Assembly: GCA_030141605.1 (NCBI GenBank)
Contig: JAQGDQ010000164.1
Coordinates: 124,001-188,000, forward strand
DNA length: 64,000 bases
Source: Tubiluchus corallicola
Taxonomy: Eukaryota > Animalia > Priapulida
Reading direction: 5' to 3'
A program made the position numbers and the translations under genes. Of the stretch, positions 46,701-64,000 are shown one piece after another. Each line of letters opens with the position of its first letter. The stretch's first letter is position 1. The notes beneath the pieces were generated by a model. That model was not told the origin of the DNA and ran no database searches. It was given only the letters and a program-made list of their open reading frames with translations.

Positions 46701-49700
46701 CAGCAGATTGAAGTTAGTGTAAAATATACGAAACACCCTGACACAATATGTAAAATCTTGCCTATATAATTACTGATTAAGTAATAATATTAAAGTAATT
46801 ACCATACTGTTATCTGTTAATATTGCTTACTTACTGTTTGGGTTACCAAGATAGAATTTGTTAATATATCAAGAGGTTGTCGAACTTGCAGTTCAGTGGC
46901 ATACATAATTTGTTCAATTTAGTATTTTAAAACCTTTAATTTCTTAAATTTTGAAATTCAAATTCAATGAAACAACAATGGTTTGTTAGTTAGACGATTT
47001 ATTGCTTTATTTCTCTTAAATAAATCACCACTTCTGGTACTTGCTTATACTCACCTGCTTGTGACTGCAGAGTATTACAGGCCTATTCGATTTACGAAAT
47101 AGCTAAAGCCGTTTTTGTGCCTTGATTTTTTTCATTAGTTTGATAAAAAACTAAAAATATCAGTAAATTTCCAGAAATATTTGTTATCGGCAAAAAAAAA
47201 TTTGTGAAATTCGTCTTAATTCGGGTTGGGGAAAATAAATTTGTAGAAATTCGGTTCAACAAAAAAAAAAGATTTGAAAAATTCAGTAAAAACTGGTTTT
47301 GGTGCATCCTTAGCACATGTGTATTAAAAAGGAAAGCACTGCAGTAATGTACTAGATGTAATTATTTGATGTTATGGCTACAAAAAACTTATTATTTAAA
47401 AATAATAAATACACCAGAATTATGTTAATTATTGATATTTTTCTAACAATAGTAACAAATACGAAATTAACTGCTTTGCTTTTAAGCATCAGACAATTGT
47501 TTTGAGATTATTTAATGAAACAAAGCCAAACAATACATCACACCAAAAATGAATATTCCTGTTAATCTTTATAGTTGACCTTAGTAAGTTTAATATTGCA
47601 GCTCGGGTCAGATTCAGTGCAGACACAAGCTTGTAAACTTCAATTTGTCGTATTAAAGAAAAACAATGCTGTCCCGATGTTGATTTGGTAGAACATGATT
47701 AGAAAATTGTATGAAAAAGTGTTTTAAAAAAGAAAATACTGATGAAGGTAAACATACCATAACGTCGTCGCAGCAACTCCAAAAATGCTTTCAGAAAGTC
47801 TCTGAAATGCAAAAACGACAAGAACTTAAATAAAATTCAAAATATTGTAAATTTTGCACCTAGGCTCATGTCGACCACATATCTGACGTCATTATAAATT
47901 TAGAACTTTTATTTGTCAAAGAATTAGCCATATTTGCAGATGTTTGCTTGTTTCACAAAATATTATTCACTAAACAACCAACTTACATATGTAATCAGCT
48001 AAATTTCAATTGTAACATGATTTTTCAAACCACTAGACAGTCAAATTTACTTCTTATTCCTAATGCAAAATCTAATTGTGGTACAAGACGGTTCATAGTC
48101 AGGGCAAGCAAACATCACAATTAATATGCAATCAAAACTGAATTAAATAAAATAACAAAATTTGAAATATTTAAAAATTAACTCAGCGAATTACTTATAA
48201 ATAGTCGTTAGTTACAATTTATTTTTTTTTTGTTTTAAGTATAATCAAATTTTATAGCCATGCTTTTATATAATATTAATTAGGGTATTCTTTATTTTTT
48301 ATATTGATCATTTTATATTTTTTACTTTTATATACTGTAAACTGTGCAAAGAAAAACCTCATTTACGGGGAATGCACATGAAATATAAATAAATATATGC
48401 TTTATTGAATTGTAAGTAGCATAAAATGACTGATAGGGCGTCCAATGCAACTTTTGAAACTGGTGGGGGGGGGGGCAAAGGGAAATACTGCTGGTAGGGT
48501 GAACAAGCGGTAGAAAATTTGTATAATACTGAAGTGTTTTGAATAAGTGAGCCATGGTGAATACTTGGTTAACCACACATGACAAAAACTGCGCTGGGTC
48601 CTTTGCATCTTTTTTGAAATCATAATTTGATGCAAGTGTGTAACACTTCACAAAAACAATGGGCTTTACATCGTCTGTTAATTTTAAACTTCTCAGGGAG
48701 TTAATTATACGATTCCAATTTCCAAACCCCTTGCCCTAGGCTAGCAGGCCCGATCCAGGGAGTGGCAAATAACCTGTTTGCACCCCCGAGTGGATGACCA
48801 TTATAACTGAATATGTAAGTTTTATTTTTATGTTTTAGTGAACACTTCTGCAAATATAAATTGGCTACACTGCAAAGTGTTAAGAATCTAGCTTGTATCA
48901 CTCTCAATCTGCTGATATCTTACATAAGTGATGACGATTAGAACATGCAGTAAAAAACTATAGCTATATCATAAGCTTTACAAAGTTGATAGACTGTACT
49001 ATCATGAACATTGCCTAAATTATAAGTTATAATCCAATTCAGGTAAACAGGTACTCAACTGCACGAAATTAATTAAGGTAAACAGGTACTCATGACTGCA
49101 TGAAGTTAATTAAGGTAAACAGGTACTCATGACTGCATGAAATTAATTAAGGTAAACAGGTACTCATGACTGCATGAAGTTAATTAAGGTAAACAGGTAC
49201 TTATGATGACTGCACGAAATTAATTAAGGTAAACAGGTACTCATGACTGCATGAAGTTAATTAAGGTAAACAGGTACTCATAACTGCATGAAATTAATTA
49301 AGGTAAACAGGTACTCATGACTGCACGAAATTAATTCAGGTAAACAGGTACTCATGACTGCACGAAATTAATTAAGGTAAACAGGTACTCATGACTGCAT
49401 GAAATTAATAAAGGTAAACAGGTACTCATGACTGCATGAAATTAATTAAGGTAAACAGGTACTCATGACTGTATGAAATTAATTAAGGTTAACAGGTACT
49501 CATGACTGCACGAAGTTAATTAAGGTAAACAGGTACTCACGACTGCACGAAATTAATAAAGGTAAACAGGTACTCATGACTGCATGAAATTAATTAAGGT
49601 AAACAGGTACTCATGACTGCACGAAGTTAATTAAGGTAAACAGGTACTCATGACTGCATGAAATTAATAAAGGTAAACAGGTACTCATGACTGCATGAAA

Positions 49701-51852
49701 TTAATTAAGGTAAACAGGTACTCATGACTGCATGAAATTAATTAAGGTAAACAGGTACTCATGACTGCATGAAATTAATTAATGTAAACAGGTACTCATG
49801 ACTGCACGAAGTTAATTAAGGTAAACAGGTACTCACGACTGCACGAAATTAATTAAGGTAAACAGGTACTCATGACTGCACGAAATTAATTAAGGTAAAC
49901 AGGTACTCATGACTGCACGAAGTTAATTAAGGTAAACAGGTACTCATGGCTGCACGAAATTAATTAATGTAAACAGGTACTCATGACTGCATGAAATTAA
50001 TTAAGGTAAACAGGTACTCATGACTGCACGAAATTAATTAAGGTAAACAGGTACTCATGACTGCACGAAGTTAATTAAGGTAAACAGGTACTCATGGCTG
50101 CACGAAATTAATTAATGTAAACAGGTACTCATGACTGCATGAAATTAATTAAGGTAAACAGGTACTCATGACTGTATGAAGTTAATTAAGGTAAACAGGT
50201 ACTCATGACTGCACGAAATTGATTAAGGTAAACAGGTACTCATGACTGCACGAAATTGATTAAGGTAAACAGGTACTCATGACTGCACGAAGTTAATTAA
50301 GGTAAACAGGTACTCATGACTGCACGAAATTAATTAAGGTAAACAGGTACTCATGGCTGCACGAAATTGATTAAGGTTAACAGGTACTCATGACTGCATG
50401 AAATTGATTAAGGTTAACAGGTACTCATGACTGCACAAAGTTAATTAAGGTATACAGGTACTCATGACTGCATGAAATTGATTAAGGTAAACAGGTACTC
50501 ATGACTGCATGAAATTGATTAAGTTCTCAGGAGCACAAACTACAAAAGTAATAAAACTAAATTTCTTGTCAAAATGCTCTAGTGTTTTCATTACAATGCT
50601 TGTAAATGAGACTGGATGTTGGTTCTGCAAAGAAAATTAGACTGAAGGTAAAAAATGTAAGCAGAAAAACAATCCATCGATTGTTTTTAATAAGCTGCAA
50701 GCTACTGACACATTCAACTTATCTTGTGATTAACTTACATGTGAAAATTACATGAAAACATTAACATGCACACAAGTATAAGCATAAGCAACTTACTGTG
50801 AAAATGTGTCAATGAAACTGTCTGGACTTTCTGCTACCAAGAGGAGCTGACGTTGGTGAGATTCTGACATGGTGTGGCATTTGAATCCATTCTAAAAAAC
50901 AAGAAAAATGTGCTGAAATAAAGGAAATAAAAACATTTAGGCAGGCCACCTTATGGTAGGGTGACTCATCTCATGATACGAGTTCATCGTTATGTAAAGT
51001 AGGAATGAATGGTTGTTGAACACTTCTTCCTAGCCAGTTATTCCACTACTGTGTATTAAAGCAGACTGCTAATCAGTCTTTGCATTCAATCTTTTCAGGT
51101 GATTTCAAATTCAATCTGGGTGGTACCTCCCACATCTGAATATTATTTGCACTTTCTTATCACTTTTTCATTTACAGTCTAAAGCCATTTAGCATAAATC
51201 AATTTTATTCATGTTTTTTTAATAAAAAGTGTGACTAAATCATGACAAAATAGTTTTTGGTAGGTAAAAGAATGTAATGGTGCTTGTGATGTTTTGTGTA
51301 ATACCTTTTTATTGGCGACAATACATACAGATGGCGCAAATTTTGATCAGGTTTTGCAGCGGCAAGTAAGGCAGCAGATTATCACTGCAACCATTAAATC
51401 CAAATGGATTAAACATGCAGTAAAGCAAACCGTCGCTCATTGGCAAAAACACTGATTGAGATGGTTTTCTCAGATTCTGGTCCAGAGTTTTTTCTATACA
51501 TATTAAAGCAATAACCCTTACTGTATTGTGCAACAAAACTGACAGCTAATAAATTCTGATGCTTAATTCTAATTCATTAATTTCGTTTACTATGTTAATA
51601 TCATGCCAACCTGATAAATAATTATGTTTATATTGTCATTACTGTCCATACTAACAATTAAAGAATAAATAATATGAAAAAATGTGGTACATCATGTGAA
51701 TAATAACTCTACATCTATGTTGCATAATTTACCTCATCTCTGCACTGTTTTTGACACATTTGGCAATACCATCGTAGCTTCTGCAGCCCTTTAGCTTTGA
51801 TGCGATTACTGATAGCTTTTGGTGATAAAAATCCTGCCTTTTCTTTTCCCAT
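40543..51852 (-). CDS. KIN: DNA/RNA-binding protein KIN17, complete, 10 coding exons
   Basis: Begins MGKEKAGFLSPKAISNRIKAKGLQKLRWYCQMCQKQCRDENGFKCH..SESHQRQ; contains HMNSTQWETLTDFVKWLG, GWFITWIDRDPE, KSALDEIME, DQVHLETVIP, VLNGAYR and YEDVCK; all nine introns GT-AG and phase-consistent. Confidence 0.97.
41414..41582 (-). CDS. KIN: KIN17 coding exon 9
   Basis: DIVVKVTTRKLGEKYYKQKAVV...KLKVDQVHLETVIPAQ, donor gtaaag. Confidence 0.95.
41960..42013 (-). CDS. KIN: KIN17 coding exon 8
   Basis: EEERKKAKTNRKDYWLTE, donor gtaaat. Confidence 0.92.
42114..42810. repeat. 48-bp minisatellite, about 15 units, KIN17 intron 7
   Basis: Unit CACATGTATCTGTTACATACCTCATTTACTACTCAAGACAGATGGCAC; divergent and 39-bp variants at the left end. 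Confidence 0.95.
43301..43433 (-). CDS. KIN: KIN17 coding exon 7
   Basis: SDVATSEKNPLK...GKRKSALDEIME, donor gtatga. Confidence 0.9.
44009..44141 (-). CDS. KIN: KIN17 coding exon 6
   Basis: VKRESERRRTEGKTPEFTELQRENEEEKIAFKL..., phase-consistent. Confidence 0.9.
44730..44882 (-). CDS. KIN: KIN17 coding exon 5
   Basis: GHCTVDHTEKGWFITWIDRDPETIRRQ...FIERQ, donor gtaact. Confidence 0.93.
46001..46123 (-). CDS. KIN: KIN17 coding exon 4
   Basis: GTKRVHANVVYQEYISDREHLHMNSTQWETLTDFVKWLGKE; AAG acceptor, donor gtaggt. Confidence 0.93.
46171..47312. mobile_element. hAT-type non-autonomous element in KIN17 intron 3
   Basis: TIR TAGGGATGCACCAAAA / TTTTGGTGCATCCTTA; 8-bp TSD GCATATAT / GCACATGT (6/8 match); subterminal TTCGGTT repeats. 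Confidence 0.85.
47758..47801 (-). CDS. KIN: KIN17 coding exon 3
   Basis: DFLKAFLELLRRRY, acceptor tttcAG, donor gtatgt. Confidence 0.93.
47823..48330 (+). mobile_element. L2/CR1-type LINE 3' relic in KIN17 intron 2
   Basis: LNKIQNIVNFAPR, then a frameshift to DHISDVIINLELL...QPTYI...TRQSNLLLIPNAKSNCGTRRFIVRA, typical of the ORF2 C-terminus. Confidence 0.75.
49040..50523. repeat. 37-bp minisatellite, about 40 units, KIN17 intron 2
   Basis: Unit AGGTAAACAGGTACTCATGACTGCAYGAARTTAATTA. Confidence 0.97.
50797..50891 (-). CDS. KIN: KIN17 coding exon 2
   Basis: NGFKCHTMSESHQRQLLLVAESPDSFIDTFS, donor gtaagt. Confidence 0.95.
51733..51852 (-). CDS. KIN: KIN17 coding exon 1
   Basis: MGKEKAGFLSPKAISNRIKAKGLQKLRWYCQMCQKQCRDE, donor GAG|gtaaat. 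Confidence 0.95.
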
Positions 51853-54800
51853 TGTTAATTGTGTTTAAACCAAATATCTAACAATAAAAAGAAGTATAAC
51901 TGCATTGTTTTATAATTACTTTACCACATACCAGATTTATGTATGGTTTGCTGGATTTTATCATTTGTTCTAGTAAAAATAAGTAAAGAGATAAAACCTT
52001 TATCTGGCAAATAAAAACTTACACTTGAAAGTAAAAGTACATTGGACATAAAAAATGTGTACTACGTACAGGAGACAGCATGTCAGTCACCAGTTATATG
52101 CATTAAAAAAATTAATTATAATAATTACACTATAATAATTAAGTGAAGACAAAGATAAAGAAAACAAAATTATGACATTGATGCATGGACAAAATCTATG
52201 GATCTCTGTTTCAAACAAGAAACAAATACAATACGTCTAACAACATCAAACAAATTACTACCTTAAGACAGCACTAACTCTTGGAATGATAATTATCTAG
52301 TTAAAAACAAGAGCCCACATTAAAAAATTTTACGAAAAGGCTAAAAGCAGAGTAATGTCAACCTACGTAATACCTCAAAATAGACGATTTTGATAGACTG
52401 GTGACAATGCTTATATTTTCCCGCAATCCTAAATTTAGTAACAATTAATATGATTATGCTATTAATTGTAATATAGAATATTATTAATACATTAGTTTGG
52501 TGTTTAAAAACTGCATGCTAATATTATTCCTGTATTTATTGGTATTGGAATGTTGGTATTCTTAAAATTTTCATGGTTGATTGAATTCATTCTTTATTTT
52601 TTGAAAGCACAATGGGCTCAAGTGAAGTGTTTTTCTCTGTTGACCTTGCAGTAACCACGAAACACTTAAAAAATTTTCTCACGAATCAGCATGAATTCTC
52701 TTTGTTGACAATGTGTCTAGCCTGATGTTACCACCACTTAGGCTTTCACATCTTTTTTTGCAGTATCAAGAGTATTTATATCATTTTTCAAAAATGGTGA
52801 GCAATCTAGGCAAGGGGCTTCCAGAATTGGTCTTAAAAAAAATTTACACAAGAGTTCAATCATTACGGATTATCACTTACACATACATTAACTTGGCCTA
52901 TTTTTGACAAGCTTTAATGAAAATTTTTTCAATGCATTTAGACGGTTTTAAATCAAATGATATATTATTATAAGATTTTTTTCCTTTGCAGTTTGAGAAG
53001 ATTGTTTATTGATAGTATATGTATAATGAACAGTAGGTATTATTCTTAGAGTTGCACACTTCTTATCACTTAAAAGCAAAAGCCATTTATTGAGCTGAGA
53101 ATATAATCAACAGAGATCTGATTGTAGAATGTTAGAGTCAGATTTTGTAGTAAGTTCTCTATAAATTTTATGATCTCCGGAGGGCTTTCAGAGAAAATGA
53201 CTGAAACAAATCAATCGATCTGGGGATAAAGGTGAAATGGTTCATAGAATCTTTAACAGGCCTGTTACAATCTTATAGTAACTTCAAAACACAAACTACG
53301 AACTTCAGAACGAATTTGACAAACATAAACCTTTTAAAAACACAAATTGCTGCTTTACAATATTGATGGAAAAATTGAAAACACAATAAGCAATGCAATA
53401 TGGGAAATCTTGTAACTCAGGATTGCATGCACGCAAACCCAAGGCACCAAGTACTGTGAACTGGACCACAGATTTAGATTCGTGCGTTCAATTACACTTA
53501 CAAAAAGCCGTTGTCGGCACGGCACTGTAAATGTATAGACTATAGAGGAACGTTTTCCTCTATACGTTTTCTGCTTGTAATTCAAAATCGATGTGTAGAA
53601 ACGAATACTTGTATTTTTTGCATTATGAACGAATTGCCATATCATCAGGTAGATGACTTTGTTTAATATCAGATTTAAGTCCTCTACAATTGAAGATTCT
53701 AACTCTTAGATTCTCCTTACGCCTCCCTATTATTGCAGACAGAAAAGAAAGCAGAATACTCCAACAAATGTTAAATATAAAAATTCCTCGCTATTCCTCA
53801 AAAAAGATGTTATTTTTCAATGAGCTGTTATGCGTCACCGACAACAGTCTTAAAACCTTGCAAAAAACCACCTGGTAAACCTAAAACAACTTGGATAGGT
53901 TAGACAAATTAAGATGTTCAACAACTTCAACCAAATCTATCTTTAGGAGTAGAAGAACTTGCACTGTTAACTCAGATAGAAGTGGGTGGAATACTCTAAT
54001 ACATATTGATACCTCAATGCCTACAAGTGGAATAAAATTTTGAAGAAGAATGAATTGTCAGTTTTAATAGTTTAATTAATACAGTGCCAAAATACATTTA
54101 TAGTCTGTTATTAAAAATTATTAATATTCCCAAGGTACAAAAAAGCTATTCCTTGACAGCTCAGTGGCCAAATTTTTAATGCTACACATTTTTGCAAAAT
54201 GCCTGGTACCAAATGAAAACCTAAAAAATTTGCTACAATATGGATATCGCTGTATTTAAAATTAGAGTTGATGTGCTGTATTATAAATACAAGTGAGTAT
54301 TTGAATCGAAGCGAATTTAAATCCTATTCCAATTGAACTTGAAAGATTTTCAAACCATCAGTAAAATAGTGATAATGCAACTATCATGTATATTGTTCGA
54401 TTCTGCCTGCAGTAAAACTACTGATAACTTGTTTAAAAATAGTTCACAGAAATCCTAGTTAAACTGTGAAAATTCCATGACGTTTCAAACATTTTAACAA
54501 TAAAGACGTATGTGGTTGGAGTGATCATCATTCGAATCTATGATTTTAGGTCAGAATTGAATTTGAACTAAAAAACTTGTTCAAATTTGATTCGAACGTT
54601 CGACGCTCTCCCGTAATTGTAAATGCATTGCTGGTTCATTGGTTAAGACTGATATTTGTCACATTTAGTGTACCAACTATGATTTAATACAAAAAAACAA
54701 GAGGCCAGTCTTTTTTGTGTGCGGTAAATCTATTCGAATTGCCATAGTATTCACCAAATCCTACTAATAATTACAACCAACAAAAATCTCCTAGTGCACA

Positions 54801-55205
54801 TGGTTAATTATATTCATAGAGCATCATAAAACAGGCAATATTTACATCAGTAGATGGGTACATCAGTATGCACAGTGTACACAAACATACATGACAAACG
54901 TTTGACCAAACATCATGAAAAAATGTCTATCACCAAAATACCCAAGTCAAAAAGTAGCAATGATAAGGTCGTCCAAATAAAGTCAAAATCAACAAAACAA
55001 AACATGACAATAGCATAATAGAGTGAATAAAATTACTACACAATAACATGAAAAAACAAGTGATCTACGGTAAACAAATGAACCCAAATTAACTGTATAT
55101 ACAATTATTTACATTATGTTTACAATAATTGTTACTGTTTCAACTATACAACAATTCTAACATAAAGCAATTACAGTGAACATTACTTTACAATATTAAC
55201 TCTGG

Positions 55206-62099
<6,894 letters not shown>

Positions 62100-63030
62100 C
62101 TACAGAAATTTTATAATTTTGACAAACAAGAAAACAAAAGTGTTAAAAGCTAGTCTAAGGGAACAAGTAAAGTGCATTTTGTTGTTAAGCTAAGCAGGTG
62201 ATTTGTTTGACTTGAATTTATTGGTCAATGGAATTCACTGAACTCAAGATGAGGATAGAAAATGACGTCATTGCCAATTTGTGGAGACCCTGGATTTTTT
62301 CAAAAATGAATGACCACCTTCCTCTTGATTTCAAAAATCGAACTCCGTCAATCGATGACGAATTCATTCTAGCTTATTCCTACAAAGTTTCATGATGACT
62401 TGATCTGATGAGAAATGACTTTTTTTGAAAATGTTACAGCCACCATCTTGAGTTTAAGAGAACAAATAAAACATCTGAATCAGCAAGTTGAATTTGTTCT
62501 AGTATGTTCTTATAAAGCTTTATGACAAACCACTGCTAATTAGCACTGATTTACGCTTTTTTTAAAAAAATGATGACATTATCGCTACTATCTTGAACTC
62601 AAAATGGCTGATGAAAAATCCAACACCGTCAAACGACACAGAATTCATGGTAATCCATTGTGCATTGACAGAGCCTTAGATTTTATCAAAAAGTCATCCC
62701 TTCTGATAAAGGTGATATCAGTAGTATTATGTCCTTTGAATGCATGCTCCTCATAGAGTTTAACTCCTTCAGGATCACAAAGCTCAAAATAGGACTTATG
62801 AGACCTGTGATGTTTCTGCTATTTATGAACACAGACATAACTGAATGATTGCAAATTAGGAACTGTTCATTTCACGAGAGTCTCAGCTATTTAGTCATGC
62901 TATTTGTTTAAGCATTTATAATGATTTAGTTGTTTAATATAGAAAAACACACATTTTCAGGCACCCCAACTTAGCGTATCAAGTACCTGAACCTGCTTTA
63001 CACTTGTACAATACTGATTGCATAAAAAAA

Positions 63031-63988
63031 CAGTCTGCTGCACAGAGTTCCAGGAAAAGTAATCCAGTCTGCTGCACAGAGTTCCAGGAAAAGTAATCCA
63101 GTCTGCTGCACAGAGTTCCAGGAAAAGTAATCCAGTCTGCTGCACAGAGTTCCAGGAAAAGTAATCCAGTCTGCTGCACAGAGTTCCAGGAAAAGTAATC
63201 CAGTCTGCTGCACAGAGTTCCAGGAAAAGTAATCCAGTCTGCTGCACAGAGTTCCAGGAAAAGTAATCCAGTCTGCTGCACAGAGTTCCAGGAAAAGTAA
63301 TCCAGTCTGCTGCACAGAGTTCCAGGAAAAGTAATCCAGTCTGCTGCACAGAGTTCCAGGAAAAGTAATCCAGTCTGCTGCACAGAGTTCCAGGAAAAGT
63401 AATCCAGTCTGCTACACAGAGTTCCAGGAAAAGTAATCCAGTCTGCTGCACAGAGTTCCAGGAAAAGTAATCCAGTCTGCTGCACAGAGTTCCAGGAAAA
63501 GTAATCCAGTCTGCTACACAGAGTTCCAGGAAAAGTTATCCAGTCTGCTACACAGAGTTCCAGGAAAAGTAATCCAGTCTGCTGCACAGAGTTCCAGGAA
63601 AAGTAATCCAGTCTGCTACACAGAGTACAAAGGAAAAGTAATCCAGTCTGCTGCACAGAGTTCCAGGAAAAGTAATCCAGTCTGCTGCACAGAGTTCCAG
63701 GAAAAGTAATCCAGTCTGCTGCACAGAGTTCCAGGAAAAGTAATCCAGTCTGCTGCACAGAGTTCCAGGAAAAGTAATCCAGTCTGCTGCACAGAGTTCC
63801 AGGAAAAGTAATCCAGTCTGCTGCACAGAGTTCCAGGAAAAGTAATCCAGTCTGCTACACAGAGTTCCAGGAAAAGTAATCCAGTCTGCTACACAACCAA
63901 AAAAACAAGTTCCAGGAAAAGTAATCCAGTCTGCTGCACAGAGTTCCAGGAAAAGTAATCCAGTCTGCCAGAGTTCCAGGAAAAGTAA
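63031..63988. repeat. 34-bp minisatellite, about 28 units, RBM5/10 intron
   Basis: Unit CCAGTCTGCTGCACAGAGTTCCAGGAAAAGTAAT. Confidence 0.97.
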
Positions 63989-64000
63989 CACCCACAACCA

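Noticed and set aside
49040-50523. CRISPR-like appearance (37-bp repeats with palindromes)
   Set aside because: Units are head-to-tail with no unique spacers, there are no cas genes, and the array sits in a eukaryotic intron
62200-62660. Repeat-like segment in an RBM5/10 intron
   Set aside because: No termini, TSD or second copy visible, so it cannot be classified
62957-63997. Repetitive ORFs of up to 259 aa
   Set aside because: Artefacts of the 34-bp array

Overview
AT-rich, intron-rich eukaryotic DNA, most likely an invertebrate animal (inference). I reconstructed four protein-coding genes by hand from splice sites. (1) A secreted cuticlin-like ZP-domain gene on the minus strand. Its signal-peptide exon (32120-32164) lies about 30.2 kb upstream of the next exons (1841-1892, 156-334), so roughly the first half of the window is one intron, and the gene runs off the left edge. 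(2) A C2H2 zinc-finger gene on the plus strand (36787-37755) whose stop codon sits inside a decayed finger duplicate. (3) A complete 10-coding-exon KIN17 gene (minus, 40543-51852). (4) The 3' part of an RBM5/RBM10-family gene (minus, 55206-62099; OCRE, C2H2, G-patch). Introns and spacers hold TA-, TTAA- and 8-bp-TSD non-autonomous DNA transposons, Penelope/L2-CR1/RTE relics, tRNA-like elements, microsatellites and four unrelated minisatellite arrays. Most ORF-track entries are spurious. I found no prokaryotic-type system (CRISPR or similar) and no clear new biological system; the findings are testable leads.
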